Part shown: positions 12,437 through 27,199 of the stretch, in pieces
Numbering within the stretch: the first letter of the stretch is position 1
How the letters are laid out: each line of letters opens with the position of its first letter
Assembly: GCA_963575745.1 (NCBI GenBank)
Contig: CAUYUJ010000081.1
Location: 248,001-312,000 of the forward strand
Reading direction: 5' to 3'
DNA length: 64,000 nucleotides
Origin: Prorocentrum cordatum
Lineage: Eukaryota
The notes under the pieces: generated by a model
Databases searched by the model: none
What the model saw: only the letters and a program-made list of their open reading frames with translations
Told to the model about the DNA's origin: nothing
Translations under genes and position numbers: made by a program

Positions 12437-12640
12437 GCATCGAATAGGTAACTCGGATCGAATCGAAATGTGCATCGGACCGGGCTGCAGCGGCACGGAA
12501 TCGACATCGAATCGGATCGGCTGCGCCAAGATGGACAACAGCGCCGTGCAAACATGGGACCGCATCGGAACGTCGGAAAGCATCGAATCGGATCGGGCTG
12601 GCCAGGTTCGACATCGAATCGGATCGATCGGATCGAAATA
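12437..12640. repeat. (ATCGG/ATCGA)n pentamer microsatellite
   Basis: Direct inspection. Confidence 0.85.
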
Positions 12641-13919
12641 GACCCTGTGAGGCAATGCGCTCATTCCGAGGGAAAATAGAATAGTGGACTTTCCCCCAGT
12701 CGAGGCCCGACTTGTCGATCCCCCGCCCCGCCCTGTGTTTGCACATATTCTCTGCACATGCACGCATCCGAAATGACCCGCACAATCCTGGGAGGGCCAG
12801 TATACCCCTTCCCTCCACCCGATCGCTGTGAAATAATCTTATCTGGTGCACGCGAATTGATCTAACAAGTGCGCTTTGTAAGGAGCCTGATGAGATAACA
12901 GCGTGCGGGCCAGACGAGGGCGCACATGTCAAAATGGTTGGGGGATCATTGATGTCGTGTTTACATATATATTCATATATATATGAATATGTATATGTGT
13001 AGATAAAATGAATTATGTAAAAATAGTGGGGGCATTATACATATATCATTAAATCCGTATACACTGGGGGGTCTGTATACATACTTATGCATATATATAT
13101 ATATATGTATATGTGTGTGTAGAATAGAGGTGTACAGGAACACATGTGTGTCAACATGTCTAAGAAAGCAAACTGTATGTGCGTGTACTGGAACAGTCGC
13201 ACGCGCTCCGAGTGTGCTCAAAATCTAGATTCAGGAATCCCTGCGTGCGGTTCTCAGCTCGAGTAGGCGCCACTCGCTCGCGATTCATACTGCGCAATGC
13301 TACGCTACACTATGCATGGTTGCTCCCCCCCACTCATGCGGCCGCGTCCTCCTCCAATACAAGGTCTCCTCCAGCTCCTCCAAATTCTTCGTTTCCGTGT
13401 ACTGCTCTTCGTTTGGGGCTGGACATCCTCACCTCACTTCCGCTCCGCCCGTCACCTGCTGCTCACTCCTCGCTCCTAATCCTCACCCGTCACTCCTCGA
13501 CATCGTGCCTCGGCTATATTCGTACTAACCACTCCTGACTTCTCCCCGAACGCCTCCAGCTATTCCTCCGACCTTGTTGGGAAACTCCGAGCCCCTCCGA
13601 GACGCACCACGCCTCCTTGAAGGCCACCCATCCAACATCGCGCCAGCCCCTCCTGCGCGCCATCGAATTTAAAACGGGGGGCCCAAGATCGAACACACAA
13701 TCGAAAGCGGGCCAGCTGAGACAACGACGGATCGCCCGCCTGGCCCAAATCCGTTCAAGATCGGCTCTCCGGACGCCTCAACAATGTACATCCCGACCCG
13801 TCTGTAAAGGCGGATCCAGCCGTGGCGGCGAGAAGCCTCCAGGAGGTCCAACACAAAAAACAATGCTAACCAACGCGGGCCCCGAACAGTCGGTTTTTGC
13901 TGTCTGCGTGGTGCAAGAT

Positions 13920-16900
13920 ATGTGGTGCAATTCATCAACGCGAAACTTGAAGTTGTCAACTCCACTGCTCGCGCAATCGCCCCACCCGCCCACACGCAAC
14001 TGGGTTGCAAACCCCATGCGGTCGCTGCGGCCGCGCTAACCCGCGCAGGCTCGCGCGCGCAACGGCCAGCTAGTTAGCGCGACCGACGCGAAAGCGGCGG
14101 CGCTGACCGCTACATCCAGGCGGGCCCGACTCAGGCGGGCGCGGTATCGTGGCAACGTCGACAACGATGGACACGATTATGCTAATAGCAATGATGGTGA
14201 CGATGCTGACAACAACGGCGGGGCAGCCAGTGGCGGCGCTGATACCGATCACGCCGACGACGATGACGGCGTCTTCGCGTCGGTGATGCAGGTTTTGGAA
14301 GGAGTTCAATATGCGCGCGCGGCAGACGCGCGAGACGGTCTTATTTGACACGGATCGTGCCACCTCAACACACACGCACCAGCGTTCGAACGATCTCGAC
14401 ATGCGCGCGCGAAATCCGCTTGGAAGCATGTAGTGGAAAGTTTGAAACCAGCTGTTTTTTGAAGGGTTCGGCAAGATCGCCTGGGCAGATTGTGCTAAAT
14501 TTTGTGGGTGGTAAAGCCGTATGAAACCACAGTTTTTTAAACAAGGAATGCTGAAACTGTTGAAGACGACCGTGTGTTTGGAAGGACTTCGGCACGCGCG
14601 CGCAGCAGCCGCGCGCGCGTGCCCCGCGTGATATATGTTGACGAGGCTTTCGCGGAAAAAAACTGCGACGTTAGAACAACAAACGTCACCGCACAATACG
14701 CTTCGCAGGGGAACCGAGGGGGGCGATACTGGCCTTGCTGGGATAATATGAGTGCACAGGTAAAACGGGCAGTGGGTCATAATCATATGTTTTGTTGTTG
14801 CACAAGTTCCCAGGGGATCGATCTGTCCGAGGGGAGCGGGGGTGGTAGATCCTATCTCAGTTTTAGAAAGGGGAATGCATGCGGCGCAACTCATGTAGTC
14901 CAATCGGCGCGGTACAACACATGCGGCGCAAGGGGTTTTAACAATCGACGCGGTGCAATACATACGCGGTGCAATCTACGTGGCGCTATTCACATGGATA
15001 ACATGAAAGTGACAACTCCACTGCTCGCGCAATCGCCCCACCCGCCCACACGCAACTTGGTTTGCAACATCCATGCGGGAGCGATTGCGATGAGTGCTTG
15101 GCGTTGGCTGATGCATCGCTGCGGCCGCGCTAACCCGCGCAGGCTCGCGCGCGCAGCGGCCAACTAGTTTAGCGCGACCGACGCGAACGCGGTGGCGTTG
15201 ACCGCCCGGCACATCCCAGCGGGCGCTTCAGTGCGAGTCGGCGACTTGGGCGGGCGCGGTACCATGGCAACGTTGATAACGGTAAACGCGATGACGACAG
15301 TAGCGATGCCGGCGACGATGCTGACAGCGACGACGGCAGCGAGTGACGGCGCCGATGCTGATCAATCACGCCGACGACGATGACGGCGTCTTCGCGTCGG
15401 TGATGCAGGTTTTGAAAGGAATACGACATGCGCGCGCGGCAGACGCGCAAGGGTGGCTCGCATGACACGATTTGACACGGATCGCGCCACCCCAGCACGC
15501 GCGCAAGAGCGTTCGAACGATTTCGACATGCGCGCGGGAAGTCCCTGCGGTATCATGCAATGACAATGTTGCACAACCAATTGTTTTTGGACGGTTCGGC
15601 AAGAGCGCGCGAGCAGATTTTTCAACAAAATCTGAAATTGGACAGTCTGATGTTTTCACAGGTGTTCTTGAAGCGGGGTGAAATTGATGAAACCACAGAA
15701 TGTGTTTGGAAAGATTTCGACACGCGCTCCGCCTGGCACGCTCTAAAAGGGATTCGCGGAAACTCGCTAGGTTAAGCAAGGGGACCGAGGGGGAGCCGAT
15801 GCCGGCCTCGCTGGGATAGCACGAATTCAAACGTAGGATCAACATGGGCCATAACCAGACGCGGCTTGCATAGGCCTCCAGGGAGTCGATGAGTCCGGGA
15901 GGGAGGGTGATAGAACCTATCTCCTCTTTAGAACGCAACCGGCGCGGTGCAAGGGCGCGGCGCAATATACGCGGTGCAAATGGTTTCAACGAGCGAGTCG
16001 ACGCATCCCACGCTCGCGCAAACATCCCGCCCGCCCACCGGCGACATGGCTTGCAAAACCCATGCGGTAGCCACTGCGACGGGCGCTTGGCGTTAGCTGG
16101 TCCATCTCTGCGGCCGCGCCAACCCAAGCGCGCGCAGCGGCCTTCTAGTTTGGCGAGACCGACGCGGCCGCGGTGGCGCTGACCGCTGGGCGCATCCCAA
16201 CTGGCACTCCACTGCGAGTCAGCGACTTGGGCGGCCGCTGCATTACGGCGACGTCGACGACGGTAGACGCGATGATGCTGGCAGCGATGCTGGCGGCGAT
16301 GTCGGCAACGACGACGGCGCGGCCAACGCGGGCGCCGATGCTGATCGCGCCGTCGACGATGACGGCGTCCTCGCGTCGGTGATGACGATTGTGAAAAGAG
16401 TTCGGCATGCGCACGCGGCAGACGCGCGAGAGCGGCCTGCATGGTTTTATTCAACACGCGCGCAAAGGTGCGCGAATATGCCGGCATGCGGCGCCAGAGG
16501 CCCGCCTGGAAGAATGCACTGAACAAATGGACAAACCCACTGTGTTCTAGAATACGCAAGAGCGCGAGCGCACGCATTTTGAAAACTGACGCAACGAAAC
16601 CAGGTGTTTGTTTTGCATTTGGTTTAGACGCTCGGCTTTGAAATCGCTACGACACCAGAGAAAGGTTTCTGACGGATGTCGGCATGCGCGCGCGACGACG
16701 CGCGCACACTTCGTCTCATCTGTTGCAAAGGATTCTCCCGACGGCACGCGCGCAAGAGCGTTCGAACGGTTTCGACATGCGCTCGCGCGAAGCCCGCGTG
16801 GCAGCCCCCGTTGAAAAGCCGATGGTTGCCCTCAGGCTTCGCAAACGCACTCACGATTTGTTGTACGAATCCGTGTTGCGGAACCCGGTGTGTCTAATAT

Positions 16901-17661
16901 GCTGTTTGGGCACCAGCTTTTGAAATCCTTCCGAAACCGAATGTTTCTCCAGGATGTCGGCACGCGCGCGCGACGACGCGCGCGCACTCCGATTCATTTC
17001 TTGGCGAAAGACTCTAGGGAACTAATGAATCGCGCATAATATTTTTTTGCGGAGCGCGACGGAGGGGGTGGATACCTGTTGGGCTGGGATGGCACGAGTC
17101 CAAACTTAGGATGGACGGTGGGGCAGAACCATCTGAAAATTGCAACGCGATAAGGGGGGTCGATAATCCAATGGGGTGGGTGGGAGGTATAGTCGATTCT
17201 CCTTTGAGAGAATCAACGCGGTGCAACCTATGTAATCTACGCGGTGCCATCTATGTGGTGCAATTAATACTTGACCGTCTTGAAGCTGTCCTCTCCACTG
17301 CTCGTGCAAACATCCCACCCTCCCACCCGGCACTTGGTCGCAAGACCTCTTAAACAAGACCGTGACGGTACGTACCACATGACAGTTGGCCACGACACCG
17401 ACGCCGACGACGACAGCGACAACGACGACGACGGCGCCGCCGACACCGACTACGACGACAACGACGACGTCTCCAACGACTTCGACGACGACACCGACTA
17501 CACCGACGACGACAACGACGTCAACGACGCCGACGACGACGACGACGACGGCGACTACGACGACACCGGCGACGTCTCCGACGACTTCGACGACGACACC
17601 GACTACACCGACGACGACAACGACGTCAACGACGCCGACGACGACGACGACGACGGCGACT

Positions 17662-17706
<45 letters not shown>

Positions 17707-18108
17707 ACGTCGCCAACGAAGACGACGACGAGGGAGGAGGAAGGACGACGACGGCGACAACGACGACAACGACGACAACGACGAGGGAGGAGGGAGGACG
17801 GCGACTACGCGAACGACGAAGAAGGAGGAAGGACGGCGGCGCCGACGACGACAACGACGAGGGAGGAGGGAAGACGACGACGACAACGGCGACGACGACG
17901 ACGGCGACGAAATAGGAGGGACGACGACGAGACGCCGACGACGGACGACGACGACGACGTCGACGAGGGAGGAGGAGGAAGGACGACCACGGCAACAACG
18001 ACGACGGAAACGACCACGACGCAAAAGAGGACGACGACGACGACGAACACGAGGTAAGACAGAGGACGACGTAGGCGACGACGACGACGACGACGCGGGA
18101 GGAGGGAG

Positions 18109-18146
<38 letters not shown>

Positions 18147-20668
18147 AAGAGCGCGCGCGCACGCTTTTGTTGAACATCCGTGTTGCGAAACCTTCTGTTT
18201 TTGTAGGTTTTTTGGACACACGATTTTGAAATCCTTCCGAAGCCGATGGGTGTTTCGAAGGTTTTCGGCATACGCGCGCGACGACGCGCGCGTCTGCGCT
18301 TCGTCCCATTTGTTGCAGAGGATTCTCGCGACGGCACACGCGCAAGGGCGTTCGACAGATTTTGACATGCGCGCGCGAGTCCGTTTCATAGCACTTTGTG
18401 AAAATCTTGAAAAACCGATGGCTTTCTTAGGATTTCGCAAGAGCTCGCGCGGAAGCTGTTTTAGCAAATCAGTGTTGCGAAACCCTTTGTATTTGTATGT
18501 TTTTGGGGAACTCGATTGAAAAATCCTCCCGGCACCGAAGGTTCTTGAAGGATTTCGGCATGCGCGCGCGACGACGCGCGCGTGCGCACTTCGTCCCATT
18601 TTTTGCTAGGGAAGGGACCCTCAGGAGGGGGGAATACCGGCCCCCCTGGGATAGTGCAAATTCACATTTAGGATGGACATGTGGTCAGAATCATATATGA
18701 TTTACATACCCGAAAAGAGGGAGTGATAACGCCGGGGGGGGGAGTAGATCCTATTCTGTTTTTAGAAAGGAGAATCCACCTGCCGAACTTGAGGTTGTCA
18801 ACTCCACTGCTCGCGCAATCATCCCACCCAACCACCCGCAACTTGATTTGCAAAACCCATGCTGGAGCGATTGCGATGAGTGCTGGGTGCTGGATGTCGT
18901 CGACGACGGCGGCGACGACGACGACGCCGACGTCGACGACGACGAAGACGACGACGACGACGAAGACGACGTCGCCAACGAAGACGACGACGAGGGAGGA
19001 GGGAGGACGACGACGGCGACAACGACGACAACGACGGCAACGACGAGGGAGGAGGGAGGACGGCGACGACGCGAACGACGAAAAAGGAGGAGGGACGGCG
19101 ATGCCGACGACGACAACGACGAGGGAGGAGGGAAGACGACGACGACGATAACGATGACGATGACGGCGACGAAATAGGAGGGAAGACGACGAGACGCCGA
19201 CGACGGACGACGACGACGACGAGGAGAGAGGAGGAAGGACGACCACGGCAACAACGACGACGGAAACGACCACGACGCAAAAGAGGACGACGACGACGAA
19301 CACGAGGAAAGACAGAGAACGACGTAGGCGACGACGACGACGACGCGGGAGGAGGGAGGACGGCGACGACGACGACGACGACGACGCAAGAGCGCGCGCG
19401 CACGCTTTTGTTGAACATCCGTGTTGCAAAACCTTCTGTTTTTGTAGGTTTTTTGGACACACGATTTTGAAATCCTTCCGAAGCCGATGGGTGTTTCGAA
19501 GGTTTTCGGCATACGCGCGCGACGACGCGCGCGTCTGCGCTTCGTCCCATTTGTTGCAGAGGATTCTCGCGGCGGCACACGCGCAAGGGCGTTCGGCAGA
19601 CATCGACATGCGCGTTGTGAAAATCTTGAAAAACCGATGGCTTTCTTAGGATTTCGCAAGAGCTCGCGCGGAAGCTTTTTTAGCAAATCGGTGTTGCGAA
19701 ACCCTATGTTGTTGTATGTGGTTTGGGGAACTCGATTGCGAAATCCTCCCAGCACCGAAGGTTTTTGAAGGATTTCGGCATGCGCGCGCGACGACGCGCG
19801 TGTGCGCACTTCGCCCCATTTGTTACAAGGGATTCGCGAAAAAGTAATATGTTAGAACAAAAAATGTAACCGCATAGTTTTGTGAACAAGGGAATCTCAG
19901 GGGGGGCACCCGGCTGGCCTGGGACATTGCGATTTCATATTTAGGATGGACATGTGGTCAGAATCATATGTGGTTTACATAGGACGCGGGAGGGGGCGAT
20001 AACGCCGGGGGGGGAGAGTCTATTCTCTTTTAGAAAGGAGAATTGATTATAACAAACGAGTTGACACATCCCGCGCTCTTGCAAACATCCCACCCACCCA
20101 CCCGCAACATGGTTTGCAAAACCCACGCGGTGGCGATTGCGATGCATGCTCGGCGTTGGCTGGTGCGTCTCTGCGGCCGCGCCATCCCTAGCACGCGCGC
20201 GCAGAGCGGCCAGCTGGTCTGGCGCGACCGGCGCGGCCGCGGTGGCGCTGGTCGTTGGGCACGCACCAGCGGGCAATTCATTGCGAGTCGGCGACTTGGC
20301 CGGGCGCGGCACCATGGCAACGTCGACAACGGCAGACGTTGCGGGCGAGTCTCCAACGACTTCGACGACGACGAAAACGACGACGACGACGACAGCACCG
20401 ACGACAACGACGAAGACGACGACGCCGACGCTGACGACGACGACGACGATGACAAGGCCGACGACGACGCCGACGACGACTACGACGACAACGACGACGT
20501 CTCCAACGACTTCGACGACGCCGACAACGACGACGACGACGACACCGACGACGACGACGACGCCGACGTTGACGACGACGACGGCGATGACAACGACGAC
20601 GACGATGACGACGCCGACGACGACGACAACGACGACACCGACGACGACGACGACGTCAACGACGCCGA

Positions 20669-20709
<41 letters not shown>

Positions 20710-20946
20710 CCGACGCCGACGACGACGAAGTCGACGACGACGCCGACGCCAACGACGACAACGACGAAGATGACGACGACGTCGCCAACGAAGACGACGA
20801 CGAGGAGGGAGGACGACGACGGCGACAACGACGAAGACGACGACAACGACGAGGGCAGAGGGAGGACGACGACGACGCGAACGACGAAGAAGGAGGAAGG
20901 ACGGCGATGCCGACGACGACAACGACGAGGGAGGAGGGAAGACGAC

Positions 20947-20987
<41 letters not shown>

Positions 20988-22245
20988 CGACGAAATAGGA
21001 GGGACGACGACGAGACGCCGACGACGGACGACGACGACGACGAGGGAGGAGGAGGAAGGACGACCACGGCGACAACGACGACGGAAACGACCACGACGCC
21101 AAAGAGGACGACGACGACGAACACGAGGAAAGACAGAGGACGACGTAGGCGAATGCGACGACGCGCGCGTCTGCACTTCGTCCCTTTTGTTGAAGAGGAT
21201 TCTCGCGACGGCACACGCGCAAGGGCGCGCGACAGATTTCGACATGCGCGCGCGAAACCCATTTGGTAGCATGTTGTGCAAATCTTGATAAACCCACTGT
21301 TTTCTCAAGATTTCGCAAGAGCTCGCGCGTAGGCTTTTTTAGCAACTCAGTGTTGCGAAACCATATGTTGTTGCATGCTTGTTGAAAACTCGATTGCGAA
21401 ATCCTTCCGACACCGAAGGATTTTGAAGGATTTCGGCATGCGTGCGCGACGACGCGCGCGTGTGCACTTCGTCCCGTTTTTTTGCGAGGGATTCGTGAAC
21501 TTTGTTATGCTAGAACAAAAGATGTCCCCGCGTTTCGTTTTTTCACAAAAGGGAACCTCACGGGGACCGATACCAGTTCCCCGGGGATAATGCAAATTCA
21601 TCTTTAGGATGGACATGTGGTCGGAATCGTATATGGTTGAAATACCCGAAAGGGGGGCGGCGAACGCCGGGGGGATGGGGGGTAAAGTCTATTCTCTTTT
21701 CAGAAAGGAGAATTCACTTTGACCGTCTTGAAGCTGTCCCCATCCACTGCTCGTGCAAACACCCCACCTTCCCACCCGCAGCTTGCTCGCAACCTCTTCA
21801 AACAAGACCGTGACGGTAGGTACCACATGGCACTTGGCCACGACACCGACGCCGACGACGACAGCGACAACGACGACGACGGCGCCACCGACATCGACCA
21901 AGACGACACCAACGACGTTTCCAACGACTTCGACGACGACAACGACGACGACGACGCCGATGACGACGACGCCGACGCCGACGACAACGACGATGACAAC
22001 GCAGACGACGACGACGACGACACCGACGACGACGACGCCGACACCGACGACGACGAAGACGCCGACGACGACGACAACGGCGCCACCAACGAAGACGACG
22101 ACAACGACGACGAGGGAGGAGGGAGGACGACGACGGCAACAACGACGACAACGACGAGGGAGGAGGGAGGACGGCGACGACGCGAACGACGAAAAAGGAG
22201 AGAAGACGGCAACGCCGACGACGACAACGACGAGGGAGGAGGGAA

Positions 22246-22277
<32 letters not shown>

Positions 22278-24839
22278 AATAGGAGGGACGACGACGAGAC
22301 GCCGACGACGGACGACGACGTCGAGGGAAAAGGAAACAACGGCCACGGCGACAACGACGACGGAAACGACGACGACGCCAAAGAGGACGACGACGACGAC
22401 GAACACGAGGAACGACGACGACGACGACGCAAGAACGCGCGCGCACGGTTTTGTTGAAAATCCGTGTTGCGAAACCTTGTGTTTTTTATGGTAATTCGGA
22501 CACACGAATTTGAAGTCTTTCCGAAACCCATGGGTTTTGAAGGATTTCGGCATACGCGCGCGACGACGCCCGCGTCTGCACTTCGTCTCATTTGTTGCAG
22601 AGGATTCTCGCGACGGCACACGCGCACAGGCGTTCGACAGATTCCGACATGCGCGCGTGAAGCCCGTTTGGTAGCATGTTGTGCAAATATTGAAAAACCC
22701 ATGGTGTTCTTAAGATTTCGCAAGGGCTCGCGCGTAGGTTTTTTTAGCAAATCGGTGTTGCGAAACCATGTGTTATTGCATGTTGTTGGGAAACTCGATT
22801 GCGAAATCCTTCCGACACCGAGGAGTTTTTGAAGGATTTCGGCATGCGCGCGCGACGACGCGCGTGCGGACGTCGTCCCATTGGTTGCAAGGGATTCGCG
22901 GAAAATCAGATCCTAGAGCAAAAAATGTCCCCGCGCACTGTTCCACAAGGGAACCTCAGGGGGGCCGATCCCGGCCCCCCTGGGACAGTTTAAATTCATA
23001 CTTGAAATGGACATGAGGTCAAAATCATATATGGTTTACATATCAGAAAAGGGGGCCGATAACGCCGGGGGGGGTAGAGTCGATTCTCTTTTTAGAAAGG
23101 AGAATAAATTTCTGTTCGCCGTGAGTTGCCCACTCCACTGATCGCGCGAACATCCCACTCACCCGCCCGCAACTTGGTTTGCAGACGTCATGCGGCGGCG
23201 ATTGCGGCGAGTGCTCGGCGATGGCCGGCGCATCTCTGCTGCCGCGCCAGCCCACGCATGCGCGCGCGCAGCGGCCAAGTAGTTTGGCGAGACCGACGCG
23301 GCCGCGGTGGCGCTGACCGCTCGGCGCATCCAGGCGGGCACTTGAGTGCGAGTCGGCGGCTTGGGCGGGTGCGGTACCATAGCGACGTCGGCAATTTTAA
23401 ACACCCAAATGAGGATAGTAGCGATGTTGGCGGCGATGCTGACAGCGACAACGGCGCGGCCACTGGCGGCGCTGATACCCGCCACGCCGACGACGATGAC
23501 GGCGTCTTCGCGTCGGAGATGAAGGTTTTGAAAGGAATCCGAAATACGCGCGCGGCAGACGCGCGTGAGTGGCTCGCATGGTACTATTCGACACGGACCG
23601 TGCCACCCTAGCACGCGCGCAACAGCGTTCGAACGATTTTGACATTCGCGCGCGAAGCCAATTTGAAATTGTTTGATGAACATGTTTAGAAGCCGATCGT
23701 TTTCTGGCGAATTCGCTAGCTCGCGCGCGCACGTTTTTGTTGAAACTCTGCGTTGCGAGACATTGCGTTATTGCATGTCTTTTGGGCGCTCGCTTTTGGA
23801 ATCCGAATTTCGGCATGCGCGCGACGCTTCGTCCCATTTGTTGCAGAACTCGCGCACGGGCGTTCCGACGATTTCGACATGCCCGCGCGCGCGAAGCCCG
23901 TTTGGTCACATTCGCATGAACGCGCGCGTTTGTTTGAAAAAACGCGCTGCGAAACCGTGTGATTTTAATATGTTGTTTGGACACTCGCTTTCGACATCCT
24001 TCCGAAACCTAAGGTTTTGCTGAAAGATTTCGGCATGCGCGCGCGACGACGCGCGCGCGCACACTTCGCCCCATTCGTTGCAAAGGATTCTTTGAAATTT
24101 GCGATTCTTGATGAACGAATGCGCGCGCACAGTAATTTTGCAGAGGATGGCAGGGGGGGGGGGGCGATGCTGGCCTGGCTGGGAGGATATGAATTCACAG
24201 GTAAGATGGACATCGGGTCAGAATCCCACGCGTTTTGCATCGGTTCCCGGGGGTCTTTAAGTCCGGGGGGGGGGGGGGGGGTAGAACCTACGTCTCTCTA
24301 GAAAGGAGAACTGATTTTGACCGGCGAGTTGACGCATCCCGCGCTCTTGCAAACATCCCACCCACCCACCCGCAAATTGGTTTGAAAACCCACGCGGTGG
24401 CGATTGCGATGCACGCTTGGCATTGGACGGCGCACCTCCGCGGCCGCGCCAACCCTAGCGCGCGCGCAGCGGCCAGCTAGATTGGCGCCGCCGACGCGGC
24501 CGCGGCGGCATCCCAGCGGGCGTCTCAATGCGAATATGCGACACGGGCGGGCGCGGTATGATGGCAACGCCGACTTCGGTAGACGCGGCGATGATAGCGG
24601 CGACGCTGGCAACGATGTTCGCACCGACGAAGGCGCGGCCAGCGCCGGCGCCGATGCCGATCGCGCCGACGGCGACGACGGCGCCCCCTCGTCGGCGATG
24701 AAGGTCGCGGAAAGAGTTCGACATGCGCACGCGGCCGACGCGCAAGGATGGCCCGCGCGGCTATACGCGACGCGGATCGCGCCCCCCCCCCCCCCCGGCA
24801 CGCGCGCAAGGGCGCGCGAATGATATCGGCATGACTAGA

Positions 24840-24870
<31 letters not shown>

Positions 24871-24877
24871 GAAAGAA

Positions 24878-24924
<47 letters not shown>

Positions 24925-25350
24925 AAGAGAGAGGGGGGGGGGAACAAAAAAAAATCAATCAAAAAAAAATGAGAAAGAGAGCGAGAGAGATAGAGAACAC
25001 CTAAAAATACACTACGGTTTTCTGAAGAATTCGCGTGGGCACTTACGAGACCGAAAAGTTTTGACGGAATTCGGCACGCGCGCGCGAGGGCGCGCGCGCG
25101 TGCACGTCGTCACATTTGCTGCAAAGGATTATCTCGACGGCGCGCGCGCAGTAATTCTGGAAAAAAATGTTCTTTAGAATTCGCAAGAATGCGCGCGCGT
25201 TTTGCGAACATCCGCGTTACGAAACCATGTTGCCACGTGCTTTTTGGGCGCTCGCTTTTGAAATCCTTGCGAATTTGAAAATGTTCTGAAGGGTTCCGGC
25301 AAGCGCCCGCGACGACGCGCGCGCTTCGTTCCATCTGTTGCATGGGATTC
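13920..25350. repeat. Macrosatellite, 9 diverged head-to-tail units of ~1.0-1.7 kb, with internal (GAC)n expansions in units 4-7
   Basis: Marker (a)ctccactgctcgcgcaa..tcccacc at ~13960, 15015, 16005, 17290, 18800, 20068, 21742, 23132, 24335. Recurrent ttcggcatgcgcgcgcgacgacgcgcg and attctc-tttttagaaag-gagaat. Confidence 0.92.
24836..25000. repeat. (GA)n / A-rich microsatellite
   Basis: Direct inspection. Confidence 0.95.
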
Positions 25351-25549
25351 TTGAAAACGAACCGCCGCCCTCCGCGAGGCGCGCGCCCGCCCCCCATGGG
25401 GGGCGCCCCCCGCGAAGCGGATTTTCCTGCCGACGCCGAGAAAGGCGCCCAAACGGCAGGCGATCGAGATGCCGCCAGACTTCCTTTCGGGAGAGGCCAC
25501 GATCCATCGCTGGGCCGGCGCGCGCCGCGAAGAGCAAGCGCAATTCGCC

Positions 25550-27150
25550 GGGGCCCTCGACGAAACATCGTCGGCGCCGACCTGAGCGCGGCCCAAAGCT
25601 CTGCCAGGAACGGCCCCCGCCCGAAGATGAACGAGGCGACGTGGCTCGCGAGTCCCGCGAAGGATCGAAGAAACTTGAACGGGGCGACACTGCAGCCCGA
25701 AATCTCTTTCGCCGTTGCCATGATTCCGGCCGCCTTCCCCGCCGGGATCGCGACCGACACGCGGTCCGAGATGGCCCGGGGCGCTGCCCTGACCCAGGCG
25801 GCGCCGCCCGCGCGCCGCGCCTTCCGGGAGGCGAGCGGGACATCGAAGACCTCCAGACAAACGCGGCGGCCACGGCGATCCTGTCTCGCCGAGCCTTCGC
25901 GCAGCGGACGGCCGCGGCCGCGTCGTCGACGCGGGGCCGGGCCCTGGCCGCCGGACGACGTGGGCCAGCGGAAGCACCGCGCGCCGCGGCCCGAGCGCGC
26001 CCCGCCGCCGCGGACGCCGCCGCCGCCCGCGACAGCGGGCCATTTCGAGAGCCCCAGGCAGCCCGCGCACTGCGGCGAAGCTTGTCACCGCACAGCCGGC
26101 AAAATGCTCTCGCCCCTCCTTTTGCGCAGCGGGACGTTCCAGAAACATCAGAAAAATCCATAGTGAGCCTCTGCGCCGCCGCGCTGGCTGAAAGTCCGAC
26201 AGCAGGAAGAGGGCGCCCCGTGCCCTCTCGGAAATCCGAGGTAAGACGACCCTGTGAGTCCCCTTCGCCCTGGCGCCCATGCCCGAATGCCTCAGGTCCC
26301 ATGTCAGAGCCTTCACCGCCTCCAGGACGTGGAACTTTGCCGCGGGGTCCCCGACCAGGAATTCGGAGAAAGCCCCCACCGATGGGGAACTTCACAAGGT
26401 GGCTTTTCTCGACGCAAGACGCCGATTCTGCGTCTGCGCCCCGTGGCCGCGGTCTGGCAGAGCCGGCCTCTTTCTCCAAGTCGCGACGCGCCGCGCGCGC
26501 GACGTCGCCCGCCGGCGCGCTCCCCGCCGGCGGGGGAACACCGCCAGCCTCGACTGGGCGGCGCCCCACGTCGACAGGGGGGCCCTGCTAGCCCCGGCCT
26601 GTGACGGTGGCCCAAGGGCGGGGCAGCCTGGCCCTGGCGGGCGCAGCGTAGCGCAATCCTCTGGCGCCACGGGCGCGGAGTCCACGGCGTCGAACACAAG
26701 GGCCAAAACCGCCCGAGGAGCGACGAGGCGCTCGCACCCCCCCCCCCGCCCGAGCGCAGCAATGGCGCGGCCCGGCAAGTGCGCCGCCCGAGCGACGACC
26801 GAAATGCCGATCCCGCGCGCAAGATCACGAGCGAAGACCCCGTCGACGAGGGCGGCCAAGATCTTGCCCAACTCGGCGCGACGGGGCAGCCCCGGGACCG
26901 CGTCCGCGGCGCATCTCGAGTCGGCCAAAGACTCGCCCACGCGGGCGCGCTGCTCCATCGGATCCTCCGCGCAGCCGCGCAGCCCCACGGGGAACGCCAC
27001 GCGCGCGCCCGGCAAACTCCCAGCAGGCGCGGCAGGATCTCCAGCAAGGCTCCAGGCGCAACTCCCAGGCCCTGCGGGCCCTTCTGCGTCGGGGCGGCGA
27101 CTCGCCGTCGCCAGCGACTCCGCGACGCAGGCATTCCAAGCTCTGCGAGG
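25550..27150 (-). pseudogene. DIRS-type reverse transcriptase, pseudogenised
   Basis: WDLRHSGMGARAKGTHRVVLPRISE, DFSD, WGSRNGPL, RVDD (25922-25933; cf. YVDD) followed by RDRIAVAAAFVWR, then VAIPAGK...LRSFAGLASHVASFI..PFLAELWAAL. Confidence 0.8.
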
Positions 27151-27199
27151 GCGCTCACTCGGAGCAGGGTGGCCAATGCGCATCCAGAACGTCAACGCT

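Noticed and set aside
12886..12930. CTGATGAG hammerhead ribozyme core
   Set aside because: No stem II or downstream GAAA at the required spacing.
17271..22750. Long Asp/Thr/Arg/Ser-rich ORFs
   Set aside because: Translations of stop-free (GAC)n tracts, open in most frames.
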